NCBI RefSeq assembly: GCF_004353825.1
Contig: NZ_SMNA01000005.1
Span: forward strand, 186,001 to 250,000
DNA from: Occultella glacieicola
Lineage (GTDB): Bacteria; Actinomycetota; Actinomycetes; Actinomycetales; Beutenbergiaceae
Reading direction: 5' to 3'
Length of the DNA stretch: 64,000 nucleotides
The translations under genes and the position numbers were made by a program. Positions 20,206-30,784 of this stretch are shown here, one piece after another. The notes under the pieces were generated by a model that saw only the letters and a program-made list of their open reading frames with translations, did not search any database and was not told where the DNA came from. How positions within the stretch are numbered: position 1 is the first letter of the stretch; each line of letters opens with the position of its first letter.

Positions 20206-21264
20206 GTGCCGCCCTCCCCCACGTCGTCGCCTCCTCGCCGATGGCAACGCTCCCGTGTGCCGGGCCTGGTCCTGAGCGCGACGATCGCGACGGCCGCGAC
20301 CGCCGTCGGGCAGTTCGCGCCGCTGCTCGGCGGCCCTGTGGTCGCGGTTCTGATCGGCGGGTTCGTGGGCGCATGTGTACCGCGGGTCGCCCACCATCCG
20401 GCGGTCGGGCCGGGACTGACGACGGCGGGTCGAGTCCTCCTGCAGTGCGCGGTAGTGCTCCTCGGCGCACAACTCTCCATCCGACAGGTCCTCGAGGTCG
20501 GGGTGGAAGCGCTGCCGGTGATGATCGGTACCCTCGTCGCCGCGCTCGTCGGCGCGGCGTTCCTCGGCCGGCTACTGCGCGTCGATTCCGACCTGCGCAC
20601 CCTCATCGGAGTCGGCACCGCGATCTGCGGCGCGTCCGCGATCGCCGCGGTGACCCCGGTGCTGCGACCGGCAGGCACGAAGGTCGCCTATGCGCTGTCC
20701 ACCGTGTTCGTGTTCAACATCGCCGCGGTGCTGGTTCTCCCGCCGCTCGGGCACCTCCTGGGCATGAGTCCGGCGGACTTCGGGCTGCTCGCCGGCACTG
20801 CGGTGAACGACATGTCGTCGGTGGTAGCCGCGGCCACGAGCTTCGGCGACGACGCCGCGGACACCGCCGTGGTGGTCAAACTGACCCGAACCCTCGCGAT
20901 CATCCCCATCGTGGCGGGCGTGGCCGCGCTGGTCGCCAGACGGGACCGCCGTCACGCCGCTTCGAAAGACCCGCGCGATCCGGCGCCGCCTTCGCTGTGG
21001 CGCCTGGTGCCGTGGTTCCTGGTGGGCTTCCTGGCCATCGCAGGACTCAATGGACTGGGCGTGATCCCGGCGGCCGCGCAACCGCCGATCGCGACCATCG
21101 CCACCTTCCTGATCACGATGGCCATGGCGGCCATCGGCCTGGGAACCGACCTGCCTGCACTGCGCCGAGCCGGGGCCAGCCCGCTGCTCCTCGGCGGCCT
21201 CCTGTGGCTCATCGTGATGGGCACGAGCCTCGCCCTGCAGATTGCCCTGGTCGCGCCCGCCTGA
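20206..21264 (+). CDS. YeiH/UPF0324 family membrane protein (putative sulfate/sulfite exporter)
   Basis: GVGTAICGASAIAA, AGTAVNDMSSVVA and VVKLTR motifs; divergent from LysR. Confidence 0.88.
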   Translation: MPPSPTSSPPRRWQRSRVPGLVLSATIATAATAVGQFAPLLGGPVVAVLIGGFVGACVPRVAHHPAVGPGLTTAGRVLLQCAVVLLGAQLSIRQVLEVGVEALPVMIGTLVAALVGAAFLGRLLRVDSDLRTLIGVGTAICGASAIAAVTPVLRPAGTKVAYALSTVFVFNIAAVLVLPPLGHLLGMSPADFGLLAGTAVNDMSSVVAAATSFGDDAADTAVVVKLTRTLAIIPIVAGVAALVARRDRRHAASKDPRDPAPPSLWRLVPWFLVGFLAIAGLNGLGVIPAAAQPPIATIATFLITMAMAAIGLGTDLPALRRAGASPLLLGGLLWLIVMGTSLALQIALVAPA

Positions 21265-21333
21265 GCCGGAGCCAGTTGGAATCAGTGCCCGAACCACCCT
21301 CGCGGGGCCACCCCCGCCTCCATACTTGACCGG

Positions 21334-22617
21334 GTGAGGAGTCTACGAGTTGTCCTGGCCGGCGCCGCGATCGGTAATGGCAACCGGGGGGTCGAGGCAC
21401 TCGGCCGATCCGTTGCCGACGCCATCGAACGCGACGCGCCGGGAAGCCGGCTCACGATCCTCGATGACGGTTGGGGGATCCGCACCGATGCCACGAGCCG
21501 CTACCCGGGGGCGACCGTGGAGTACCTCGGCGTCCGGCTCTCGCGACGTTGGCATCGGCCCGAGAGCTGGGCACAGATCCGCCTCGCCCAACGCGTGGCG
21601 CCGCGGCTGAACCCAGCGGCCCGTCGATTCGCCGAGGCTGATGCGATCCTTGACATCTCGGCAGGCGACAGTTTCACCGACCTCTACGGTCCAACCAGGC
21701 TTGCCTCCGTCTCAGAACCCAAGGAGGCCGCGCTCCGAGCGGGCCGGCCACTCATCCTTTTGCCTCAGACGTACGGCCCGTTCACGACCACGGACGGGCG
21801 AAAGAAGGCCGAACGACTCGTCCGCGCGTCGACGCTCGCCTACGCGCGCGACGAGTGGAGCTACGCCCAACTGCTCGACCTCGCTGGACCGGACGCCGAC
21901 ACGTCCCGGCTCCGTCGGGGCGTCGACGTGGCATTCGCACTCGAACCGCGGGAACCCGGCGGTGAGACGGTGCGATCCTTAGCCGCCCTGGACGGCGAGG
22001 TCGTCGCCGGCGTCAACGTGAGCGGCCTCCTGCGCGACCGGGTCGGTCATGAACGCTTCGGTCTCGCCGGGGACTACATCGAGACGATGACGCGCTTGGT
22101 CCAGCGCCTCGTCGGCGACGGCGCGCGCGTGGTGTTCGTGCCGCATGTCCACCTGCCCGGTGGCGCCGGCGAGAGCGACGTCGCCGGCATTGAGGCGGTC
22201 CGCTCCCGACTCACCGAAGCAGAGGTTGCCCGCACGACCATGGTGCCGGCGGCCCTCGACGCGGCCGAACTGAAATGGTGCATCTCCCGGATGGACTGGT
22301 TCGTCGGCAGCCGGATGCACTCCACGATCGGTTCCCTCTCGACCGGAACCCCGACATTCGGCTACGCCTACAGCGACAAGACCCAGGGTGTCTTCGAGAG
22401 TTGCGGCATGGGGTCGCAGGTGGCCGATGCCCGCAGGATCGCGGGCGAGGAGGCCGTCGCCGAGATGACGGCATCCTTCGCCGCCCGCTCCCGGCTGCGG
22501 GACCAGTTGGCGCGGGACATGCCCGCGGTCGTCGAGGAGTCGCAGGGTCAACTGCGCGATGTCCTGACCGCCGTGGCGGGCTGGTCCAGGTCCGACGCCG
22601 TGAACGTGATCGCGTGA
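21334..22617 (+). CDS. Polysaccharide pyruvyl transferase (WcaK-like)
   Basis: NRGVEAL, GDSFTDLYG, PQTYGPF and GSRMHS motifs. Confidence 0.88.
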   Translation: MRSLRVVLAGAAIGNGNRGVEALGRSVADAIERDAPGSRLTILDDGWGIRTDATSRYPGATVEYLGVRLSRRWHRPESWAQIRLAQRVAPRLNPAARRFAEADAILDISAGDSFTDLYGPTRLASVSEPKEAALRAGRPLILLPQTYGPFTTTDGRKKAERLVRASTLAYARDEWSYAQLLDLAGPDADTSRLRRGVDVAFALEPREPGGETVRSLAALDGEVVAGVNVSGLLRDRVGHERFGLAGDYIETMTRLVQRLVGDGARVVFVPHVHLPGGAGESDVAGIEAVRSRLTEAEVARTTMVPAALDAAELKWCISRMDWFVGSRMHSTIGSLSTGTPTFGYAYSDKTQGVFESCGMGSQVADARRIAGEEAVAEMTASFAARSRLRDQLARDMPAVVEESQGQLRDVLTAVAGWSRSDAVNVIA

Positions 22618-23849
22618 ACTCCCGTCTCGACAGCATCGATGCCGTGGTCGACGCGCACCTGTGCACGGGGTGCGGCGTCTGTGCGTACCTGCGTCCGGAC
22701 GCCTTGCGGATGACGGACGTCGACGGCGTCGGGGTCCGCCCGCTGCCGATCGTCGGCATCACGTCCGGGGTTGCAGGAGACGCGCTCGCCGCCTGCCCTG
22801 GGCGCGCACTCCAGCACGACGAGGAGGCCCTCGCGGACGCCCCGTTCGGCGGCGAATGGGGGCCGATCCTCGACCTATACGAGTGCTGGGCAACGGATCC
22901 TGAGGTCCGGCACCGAGGGTCCTCCGGTGGCGTCGTCAGCGCTCTGGCGGCCCACGCCGTGACATCGGGTGCCGCCGTCGGGGCTCTGCAGGTGCAGGCA
23001 CGAGCGGATGCGCCACTGTTGAACGAGACCCGTCTGAACCGCACCTACGCCGATATCGTCTCGGCCGCAGGGTCCCGATACTCGCCGGCGAACCCGTGCG
23101 AGCGCCTCGATCTGGTCGAATCCGCCGAGGGCCCCAGTGTGGTGGTCGGCAAGCCATGCGACATCGCAGCGACCCGCGCAGCGGCACAGCGACGCCCGGA
23201 ACTGGCCGAGAAGGTGGGCCTGACCATCGGGATCTTCTGCGCCGGGACCCCTTCGACGGCCGGCACGGCTGACCTCGTCCGTGGCCTCGGCATCGACCCG
23301 ACGGAGGTCGAGCGACTCGACTACCGAGGTGAGGGTTGGCCCGGCGAGTTCCGGCTCCGGACCCGCTCGGGCGAGACCCGTTCGCTCAGTTACGCGGAGT
23401 CATGGGGATCGCTGACCAAACGGCGCCAGTGGCGATGCATGATCTGCCCCGATCACACCGGCGAGTTCGCCGACCTCTCTGTTGGTGACCCCTGGTACCG
23501 GCGAACCGAGGGTCAGGACGGCCGTTCGCTCGTCGTCGTGCGGACCGAGCGCGGCCGGGCGGCGCTGCTGCGAGCGCTCGCCGATGGAGCAGTCGAGGGC
23601 GGCCCCCTCCCGCTCGAGAAGTTGCCGGCGTCACAGCCGAGCCTCGAGACGACCCGAGGAGCCTTGTGGGGACGGCTGCTCACCTTACGGCTGGCCCGAG
23701 TGGGCACTCCCCGCTATCGCGGGCTCCCGACCTTCCGCCTGTGGCTCAAGCTCGGTCTGAGCGAGAAGTTCTCGTCGTTCGCGGGCACCGTGCGCCGGAT
23801 CAAGGTCCGCGGCCTGCGCCGCCCCGAGTTCATGCGAGAGGAGCGCTGA
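22614..23849 (+). CDS. Coenzyme F420 hydrogenase/dehydrogenase beta-subunit-like Fe-S protein
   Basis: CTGCGVCAYL, SSGGVVS, VGKPCD, CMICPD and ADLSVGDPW motifs; GTGA coupling to the upstream gene. Confidence 0.88.
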   Translation: MNSRLDSIDAVVDAHLCTGCGVCAYLRPDALRMTDVDGVGVRPLPIVGITSGVAGDALAACPGRALQHDEEALADAPFGGEWGPILDLYECWATDPEVRHRGSSGGVVSALAAHAVTSGAAVGALQVQARADAPLLNETRLNRTYADIVSAAGSRYSPANPCERLDLVESAEGPSVVVGKPCDIAATRAAAQRRPELAEKVGLTIGIFCAGTPSTAGTADLVRGLGIDPTEVERLDYRGEGWPGEFRLRTRSGETRSLSYAESWGSLTKRRQWRCMICPDHTGEFADLSVGDPWYRRTEGQDGRSLVVVRTERGRAALLRALADGAVEGGPLPLEKLPASQPSLETTRGALWGRLLTLRLARVGTPRYRGLPTFRLWLKLGLSEKFSSFAGTVRRIKVRGLRRPEFMREER

Positions 23850-23850
23850 C

Positions 23851-24696
23851 GTGTCACATCGGGCAGACATCCTGATGATCACCTACAAGAGCGCGGGCTA
23901 CCTGCACCTCAGCCTGCCGAGACTGCTGGAGACGCTCGGTGAGCGGGACCGGGTCTGGCTCTGGCACAACGGCGACGACGAGGCCACGATCGAGGCACTG
24001 CGGCCGTTCACCACAGACTCCCGCGTGCACCGCTACCATCACAGCCGCGAGAACGTGAAGCTCCGCGAGCCCACGACGTGGTTGTGGCAGGAGTCGTCCG
24101 CCCGGTTCGTGTCGAAGGTGGACGACGACTGCCGCGTGGCTCCGGGCTGGATCGACACATTCGCGGACGCGCACGAGGCCAACCCGCAGTTCGGCGTCGT
24201 CGGGAGCTGGCGACACCCGGATGAGGACTTCCGTCCCGAACTGGCCGAGAAGAAGATCGAGACCTTCCATGGTGGCCATCGGTTGATGCGCAACCTGTGG
24301 GTGCAGGGCAGTGGCTATCTCCTGTCGCGAGATCTGGTCGACACGCACGGTTACCTCGGCCCGCAGGAGTCGTTCACCGGCTACTGCATCCGGCTGGCCC
24401 GCGGGGGCGCCGTGAATGGCTTCTACTACCCGTTCGTCCCCGAGGATCACATGGACGACCCGCGGTCCGAGCACACGCTCATCCACACCGACGAAGACCT
24501 TCGGCAACGAATGCCCCTCTCCGCTCAGGCCAACGGCGTCAACACCGTCGCCGACTGGACGGCGCAGCTCGTGCAGAGCGCCGCCGTGTTGCAGAGCGCC
24601 TCGCTCGATCCGAGGGTCTACGGCGGCTGGCGGAAGAAGGTGAAGTCGGCGCAGAAGCGGTTACGGACGATGACGGGCAGGCCGGCCCAGTGGTGA
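23851..24696 (+). CDS. Glycosyltransferase family 2-like
   Basis: ILMITY, HNG, SRENV and KVDDD (DxD) motifs. Confidence 0.8.
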   Translation: MSHRADILMITYKSAGYLHLSLPRLLETLGERDRVWLWHNGDDEATIEALRPFTTDSRVHRYHHSRENVKLREPTTWLWQESSARFVSKVDDDCRVAPGWIDTFADAHEANPQFGVVGSWRHPDEDFRPELAEKKIETFHGGHRLMRNLWVQGSGYLLSRDLVDTHGYLGPQESFTGYCIRLARGGAVNGFYYPFVPEDHMDDPRSEHTLIHTDEDLRQRMPLSAQANGVNTVADWTAQLVQSAAVLQSASLDPRVYGGWRKKVKSAQKRLRTMTGRPAQW

Positions 24697-25685
24697 CCCC
24701 GGAGCGGGTGCCCGCGCCGCCGTCGAACGAGCCCGGCGGGGATGGCTCTGAACCTGACGTTGTCGTCATCGCGGTGACCTACAACGCAGCGGACATCATC
24801 GAGGCCTTCCTCCGCGCACTTCCCGACGCCCTCCGTGGCATCGACTCCACGGCCGTCACCATCGTCGACAACGCCTCGATCGACGGCACGGCCGAGCTGG
24901 TGGAGGCGATCGCTCCCTGGGTCCGGCTGGTCAGGTCGGATGCCAACCTGGGTTACGCGGGTGGGATCAACCTCGGCTACGCCCGAGGACTTGGCACGCG
25001 AGGCACGTACATCCTGAATCCTGACGCGGTCCCCGCGGTGGGCAGTGTTCGGGTCCTGCTCGATGTGATCGAGGCCGACCCCACCGTCGGCGTCGTCGTC
25101 CCGAGGATTCAGAACGCCCAAGGAGGACTCAAGTTCTCACTCCGGCGCGAACCCACCCTGCTGCGCGCCGTGGGCGAGACCGTTCTGGGCGGACATCGCG
25201 CGGCCCGCTTCGCTCCCCTGGGCGACATGATCCGCGACCCGGCCGCCTACCACGAAGGCGCCACGGCCGATTGGGCGACCGGCGCCGCCATGTTCCTCTC
25301 CCGGCGGGCCATCGACGAGGTCGGGCTCTGGGACGAGCAGTTCTTCCTCTATTCGGAGGAGACCGACTACGCGCTCCGGATGCGGGATCTCGGCTACCAC
25401 CTCCACTTCACACCGAGAGCAACAGTCCAGCACCCCGGCGGGGACATGAGTAGATCCCCCTACCTGTGGAGCCTCGTTGCGACCAGCAGGATGCGCCTGT
25501 ACCGGAAGAGACATGATCCGCTCCGGTCAGCGAGTTACTGGCTAGTTCAGGTCATCAACGAAGGAGCACGCGCCTCTCTCGGCAGGCCTACCCATCGCGC
25601 GGCGTTCCGCGCGCTGATGGGGATTGGCGGAGACCCGCGTGAGGACCGGCCGGACCCTCGGGTTCAGACCGTGAGCGACGCCTAG
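24693..25685 (+). CDS. Glycosyltransferase family 2 (rhamnosyltransferase-like)
   Basis: VTYN, VDNAS.DGT, NLGYAGGIN, LNPD and DEQFFLYSEETD motifs. Confidence 0.9.
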   Translation: MTPERVPAPPSNEPGGDGSEPDVVVIAVTYNAADIIEAFLRALPDALRGIDSTAVTIVDNASIDGTAELVEAIAPWVRLVRSDANLGYAGGINLGYARGLGTRGTYILNPDAVPAVGSVRVLLDVIEADPTVGVVVPRIQNAQGGLKFSLRREPTLLRAVGETVLGGHRAARFAPLGDMIRDPAAYHEGATADWATGAAMFLSRRAIDEVGLWDEQFFLYSEETDYALRMRDLGYHLHFTPRATVQHPGGDMSRSPYLWSLVATSRMRLYRKRHDPLRSASYWLVQVINEGARASLGRPTHRAAFRALMGIGGDPREDRPDPRVQTVSDA

Positions 25686-27565
25686 GAGCGAGCCGCTGCG
25701 CGGTCCCCGTAATCGACCGACCAGGCGTGTGCCGTCGCGATCTTGGCAAGAGTCAGCGCGCCTACTTCGGGTCGTCCATGCTGGACACTCCTGATCGCCG
25801 ATTCCAGAGCGGGTGCCGAGAAGATCGGATTCGCCGCCGCTCCCTCAAGGATCGCCAGAAGTCTCTCGGAGTAGGCCGGGCGGGTCCGCAGCCAGAGATC
25901 CGCCGGGAATACCGAGCGGCGCACCTCGACGGCACGTGCGGGGGCGTCGAAAGGCGTTCGACTGCTCACCCATTCGGCTCCTACCTGTTGGGCTCGCCTC
26001 AGCGCCCGACGAGCACCGGAAACCGGATGAGTGCGGGTCAAGCCGGCCAACTGGCTGAGGAAGGAACTGTCTCCGGACCAATAGACGTGATCGAGTCCAT
26101 TCGGGGAGTTTCCGTCGTCGCTGCGAGGGATGCCAGCCGCCCTTGAAAATAGTTCGCGATGCGCGCGGAGATACAGGTTTCCATTGCGGCGCTGATCCAT
26201 GCTCAAGCGAGCCGCGAACTTCAGGAACCGTGCATCGAGGAATGGCGCCTCGGTTCGGATTCCGATACGCCGGAGTGAGTTGATCAGCATCCCTCCCCAT
26301 CTGGTCTGCCGGTTGGCGAACTTCCAGAAGATCACCATGTCGCCACGCGCATCCATATCCCAGGCCGACATCGAGTCCGCCAGACCCGATCTCACCATCG
26401 TCGGCAGATCCGTACCGAAACCCGGATCCAGTAGCCGTCCGATCACGCGGGCTTCTCCCGCGTATCGATGCCACTGTCGGTCGAGAGCCTGGTCTGCGCC
26501 TCGCACGCCCAAGCCCTTGTCGTCACCCCAAAGCGGACCACCGGCGAGTCCGTTGATGACGGTGCTTGTGAGGTTGGTCAGCCGGTTCCGGAACCAGAGC
26601 TCGTACATCTCAGCCGGGCTATGGGCGCCGTCGAGGAGAAAGAACGCGTCGGGGGCATCGCGGAGCACATCGGTGTCGGAAACTGGAATCATCGTGTGCG
26701 GCAGTTCCAGGTCAGCGGCCAGTCGTGCCGCGACTCGACCCTCGTAGGTGACGGTCGACCCGTAGGTGTACGACATCGGTCGGAAGCCCAGGTCGGCCGC
26801 CTGGACCGCGATCGCCCGGCTGTCCAGACCGCCGCTGAGCCCGAGTAGAGGCCGTTCATCCGTCGTGCGCGTGGCGATGTCTCCGATGACCGCTCGCCAG
26901 ACGCGGCCGAACTCCTCGATCGCTTCAGAGTCATTCAGTGCATCGTCGCTTGGAGCGAAGAGCGGATCGGTGGTCACCCGCGTTCCCGATCCGAGGTGCC
27001 ATCGGACAACCGCGCCGGCACCGAGGATCCGAGCGTTCCTGAGCAGTGTGCGCTCGCCGAATGGGTGAAGCGCCACCAAGTACTCGGCCAAGCCCTGTTC
27101 ATCCATATCCGCAGGGAGCCCAAGGCTGACGAGAGAGGCAAGGTGGGTTGAGAAGAGGAAGCTCGCACCAATCTCCGCCCAATAGCCCGGCAGGTATGCG
27201 GCGCCGTCAGCACTGATCGTAGCTGCGCCGGCCGGAGCAAGATCAACGACGATGCGCCCCGCTTCCGAACCGGCGCCGGAGACCTTCTCACTATGCGCGG
27301 CGCCGACGCCCGAACGGGCCGTGCCGATGTCGAGCGTGGCTGCACCTCCCGGCAGTTCCTGCAGACGAGCAAACGTGCCGCCGACCGGATCGGTTTCGGC
27401 AAGGGCTACGCAATAGGTGTCGGACTCGAGTACTCGGAATGTGCCCGCTCCCGGCAGTCTGCCAGCGGCGGCGGTCACCAACGCACGCCGACGATCTGCC
27501 TCTGCCTGGCCGGGCGGGCCGGCTACGAGCAGCGCCTCATGCGACACTGCTTGTCCCCTCTGCAT
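25682..27565 (-). CDS. Asparagine synthetase-related ATP pyrophosphatase / amide ligase
   Basis: LSGGLDSR PP-loop and APFLD motif; no N-terminal catalytic Cys. Confidence 0.75.
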   Translation of the reverse strand: MQRGQAVSHEALLVAGPPGQAEADRRRALVTAAAGRLPGAGTFRVLESDTYCVALAETDPVGGTFARLQELPGGAATLDIGTARSGVGAAHSEKVSGAGSEAGRIVVDLAPAGAATISADGAAYLPGYWAEIGASFLFSTHLASLVSLGLPADMDEQGLAEYLVALHPFGERTLLRNARILGAGAVVRWHLGSGTRVTTDPLFAPSDDALNDSEAIEEFGRVWRAVIGDIATRTTDERPLLGLSGGLDSRAIAVQAADLGFRPMSYTYGSTVTYEGRVAARLAADLELPHTMIPVSDTDVLRDAPDAFFLLDGAHSPAEMYELWFRNRLTNLTSTVINGLAGGPLWGDDKGLGVRGADQALDRQWHRYAGEARVIGRLLDPGFGTDLPTMVRSGLADSMSAWDMDARGDMVIFWKFANRQTRWGGMLINSLRRIGIRTEAPFLDARFLKFAARLSMDQRRNGNLYLRAHRELFSRAAGIPRSDDGNSPNGLDHVYWSGDSSFLSQLAGLTRTHPVSGARRALRRAQQVGAEWVSSRTPFDAPARAVEVRRSVFPADLWLRTRPAYSERLLAILEGAAANPIFSAPALESAIRSVQHGRPEVGALTLAKIATAHAWSVDYGDRAAARS

Positions 27566-28268
27566 CCTGAAGTAGTGCCACCGACGTCAGGCTCCTTGCT
27601 CTTGAGAGCGTGGCGGCAACCAGGACACCCAGAGCGTCGATGACGGGAAACCGCCGCGCCAGTTCATCGGCCACGAGCGAGATCTCCGTGCACCCCAGCA
27701 CCAACGCCGTCGCACCTTGCGCGAGCAACTGGTCGGCGACAGCAATGAAGTGATCTCGCACTGCAAGATCACCCGCCTTGATCCGTGCGATCCCGTGGCT
27801 CACAACGGACTGATCATCGACGTGTGGATGCACCAGGTTGAGGCCGGCCGCACTGAATGCCGATCCGTAGACGTTCGTCCGACAGGTTCCGGCGGTGGCA
27901 AGCAGCCCAAATGAACTCGGACCCGATGCGGACGCGACCCGGACCGTCTCAGCGATCATGTTGACGATCGGCACAGGCACGCGAGCCTGTAGCCAGTCGT
28001 AGTACGCATGAGCCGTATTGCAGGGCATGCAGATCACGTCGGCACCGGCCACGACAAGCCGATCCGCGCTCCGCAGGAGGTGCGGACGTGGATCCTGTCC
28101 ACCTTCGAGTAGAGCGCGAGTGCGGTCAGGGACGGACGGGTCGGAGTCGACGATGACGTGGAAGTGCTCCTGATCCGTGTCGGCTCGGGTCTCCACGGTG
28201 ATGCGACGGAAGGTCTCCACCGTCGCCATCGGGCCCATGCCCCCGAGGATTCCAATCGTCGCGCTCAT
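27537..28268 (-). CDS. Aspartate/amino-acid racemase
   Basis: IGILGGMGPMAT, PCNTAH and LGCTE catalytic Cys motifs. Confidence 0.92.
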   Translation of the reverse strand: MSATIGILGGMGPMATVETFRRITVETRADTDQEHFHVIVDSDPSVPDRTRALLEGGQDPRPHLLRSADRLVVAGADVICMPCNTAHAYYDWLQARVPVPIVNMIAETVRVASASGPSSFGLLATAGTCRTNVYGSAFSAAGLNLVHPHVDDQSVVSHGIARIKAGDLAVRDHFIAVADQLLAQGATALVLGCTEISLVADELARRFPVIDALGVLVAATLSRARSLTSVALLQDAEGTSSVA

Positions 28269-28295
28269 GGGAGCACCTCTAGGTCTAGTCCGTCC

Positions 28296-29252
28296 TCACG
28301 AGATCGGTACATCTTCACCAGTCCCCTCCCAGGTGTTGCCGTCCCAGACGAACCCTGGGCCACCGTTGCTGTCACGACCCGCGACTGGACCGTACCTGCC
28401 GCACGTATCGAAGAACATTCGTCCGAACGTGTTGTCGATGTATCGGACGTCGCTCGCGACCGGAAACTCCTTCGAATCCAACGATCCTGCATAGGTGCAG
28501 TACGAGCCTGTGCTGTTGAACAGGTTCCCCGTGACCAGAATGTCGCTGATCTGCTGGAAGTCTCCATACATCACGAGAGCGCCCGAACACCCCGGACCAC
28601 TACAGATCACCGTGTTCCCCTCGATCACATTGCCAGATCCTCCATTGATCCCGATGGCCGACCGATGTGTGTCAGACCCTTCCGTGCTGAAGTCAGCGCG
28701 GACGAAGTTCCCCCGAATCACGGAGTCCGAAGTCAGCCGGATACCCGTGCCCACGCCGATGATTCGTGAGCCTTCCAGCGTGAACGGGCACGATCCGTAG
28801 ACGGCCTTCGCATCATCGACGAGGACCGCAGGATCTCCTACGATCTCGATGCTCTCGATAACGACACCGGTCGGGCAGGTGCCGTCCGGACCCTCCTCGA
28901 TGAGCAAGGCATACTGCCCGGGTCCTGTGGCGATGTGGTTGATTCGCACGTTCCGCACGGTGACGCCGTCGTGCTGAACCCGCACGCGCCCATCCACTTC
29001 CAGGCCCTCGATGACTTGCCCGCTCTCCTCCGATGAGACCGAGCCGGAAGGCACCAGTAAAGACTCAGGAATAAGTGGTCCGGTGCTCTCCGCCGTGGGA
29101 AAGGCCGACACCGTAGGGACGCCGATGTCTGAGGAGGTTGGTGCATCCTTGCTCACCTCTCCAGGGCTACATGAGCCGAGGAACGCCGCACAGGCGACGA
29201 GCAGCACTGCGCTCCGAACGCTGACCCGCTGGTGCGGACTCCGGGAACTCAT
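28296..29252 (-). CDS. Lipoprotein with beta-helix-like domain
   Basis: Lipobox LGSC after a hydrophobic stretch; domain homologous to the C-terminus of 31319-32824; ATGA coupling to the flippase. Confidence 0.7.
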   Translation of the reverse strand: MSSRSPHQRVSVRSAVLLVACAAFLGSCSPGEVSKDAPTSSDIGVPTVSAFPTAESTGPLIPESLLVPSGSVSSEESGQVIEGLEVDGRVRVQHDGVTVRNVRINHIATGPGQYALLIEEGPDGTCPTGVVIESIEIVGDPAVLVDDAKAVYGSCPFTLEGSRIIGVGTGIRLTSDSVIRGNFVRADFSTEGSDTHRSAIGINGGSGNVIEGNTVICSGPGCSGALVMYGDFQQISDILVTGNLFNSTGSYCTYAGSLDSKEFPVASDVRYIDNTFGRMFFDTCGRYGPVAGRDSNGGPGFVWDGNTWEGTGEDVPIS

Positions 29253-30784
29253 GCCCGCTCCGACACCGGTCCGTGCGCAGCCGCGTCCGATACAGACTTC
29301 TGAGCGATGGCGACCTTCGGCCCGCGAACTGACCGCGCCCGCAGAGTCCCAACCATGCTCCTGAACTCGGGTGCCGACGCCCACAGGCACAGGCCCGCCC
29401 CGATGGCGCCGGCCACCCCCGCCAGGAGCAATTCAAACAGGGCGGGAAGCACGGCGAATCGCACTATTCCACCGGAGATCGAAACGGCGACGAATCCCGC
29501 AATCGCTCCTGGTGCCCAAGCTCGCAGCATTTCCCTGACACGCAGATGCAAGACCCTGGACGAGACCCACACTATAACGACCGTACTGACTCCGGTGGCG
29601 ACGATCATTGCGAGACAGAGCAGAACCAATGCCATCGAATCATCCGGCGTAGCCCAAGCTGCTAGGACGAGCGCGGCGATCTTCAGCGCACTGCTGGCCC
29701 AAATGACGATCGACAGCGTGCCGGGTCGATTCCAGGCCTGTAATGCCGGCCCCAGGAGAAGCGAGATGGCCGCGAAAGCCTGCATGATGGCGAGCAGTCT
29801 GATCGCTGTGGCTGTGCCATCCCACTCGGGGCCCAGGATCTTTTCGATCGGCCCGGCTGCACCGGCGAGGAGGCCAAGCAACGGGAGTGCCAGCGCCGCC
29901 GTTATCCGTTGCATACGCACCAGCCGACTACCGAAGGCGATCGAGTCGCCTTGAACTCCAGCGAGCCCTGGCAATGCCACCGCCTGCATCCCGCGCGCTG
30001 TGACGTCAACGGCTGTCGAAGCCAATCTCTGACCGAGCCTATATAGGCCCACAACTACGGGCCCGAATAGGAGACCGGTGAGCAGTACGTCCACTCGGCC
30101 ACCGATGAATAATCCGAGACTTGAACTCGCCGCGCGCGTCGAGTAGGACCAGAGTTCCCGTGCTGCCTTACGGTCGACCCTGAACTTCGGGCGCCAAGGC
30201 GACACCGTCCAGAGCACGACGACGGCCACGGTCGCCGTCACGACCTGCTGGAGCACCAATGCCCATACTCCCAGCCCAAGGAGAGCGCCCAACAGACCCG
30301 CTACTCCACCGGAAACGAGCGACACCCAGGTTCGGATTGTCAACTGCTTGAAGGCGAGCTGACGACGAAGAAGAGCTTCGTGAATCACCACGGTGGAGGT
30401 CAGCGGCACTGTGAGCGCCAGAACCCGGATGACCGGGGCCAACTCGGGGAGTCCGTTGACTTCCGCCCACCAGGACGCCGAGGCGATGCCGGCGATCGTG
30501 CACACGGCGCCGACGGCGATCACGATCCAGAATGCGGTGTCGGCATGCCGGTCGGTCAGAGTCTTCCGGGACACGATTGCCGGCATGAGTCCCTGCTGCT
30601 GCAGCATCTCAATGAAGTTGACGAACACGAGCGCCATGGCGATCACGCCGAATGCCCGCGGTCCCAGCATCGCGGCCAACACGAAGGCCAGCCCCAGGCT
30701 GATTCCCATCTTTCCCAAGGACAGCGCGTATGACCAACTGGTTGCCGTGCGCAGCGACGCAGCAGGTGCTGACTTGCCTGTCAT
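29249..30784 (-). CDS. Polysaccharide flippase (Wzx, PST family)
   Basis: LAAMLGPRAFGVIAMA, LLRRQLAFK and GVWALV motifs; many TM helices. Confidence 0.9.
   Translation of the reverse strand: MTGKSAPAASLRTATSWSYALSLGKMGISLGLAFVLAAMLGPRAFGVIAMALVFVNFIEMLQQQGLMPAIVSRKTLTDRHADTAFWIVIAVGAVCTIAGIASASWWAEVNGLPELAPVIRVLALTVPLTSTVVIHEALLRRQLAFKQLTIRTWVSLVSGGVAGLLGALLGLGVWALVLQQVVTATVAVVVLWTVSPWRPKFRVDRKAARELWSYSTRAASSSLGLFIGGRVDVLLTGLLFGPVVVGLYRLGQRLASTAVDVTARGMQAVALPGLAGVQGDSIAFGSRLVRMQRITAALALPLLGLLAGAAGPIEKILGPEWDGTATAIRLLAIMQAFAAISLLLGPALQAWNRPGTLSIVIWASSALKIAALVLAAWATPDDSMALVLLCLAMIVATGVSTVVIVWVSSRVLHLRVREMLRAWAPGAIAGFVAVSISGGIVRFAVLPALFELLLAGVAGAIGAGLCLWASAPEFRSMVGTLRARSVRGPKVAIAQKSVSDAAAHGPVSERA

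Noticed and set aside
25682..27565. Second Asn-synthetase-like gene as another lasso cyclase
   Set aside because: No RRE, B2 or precursor-like ORF found nearby; it overlaps a racemase gene in the flippase operon
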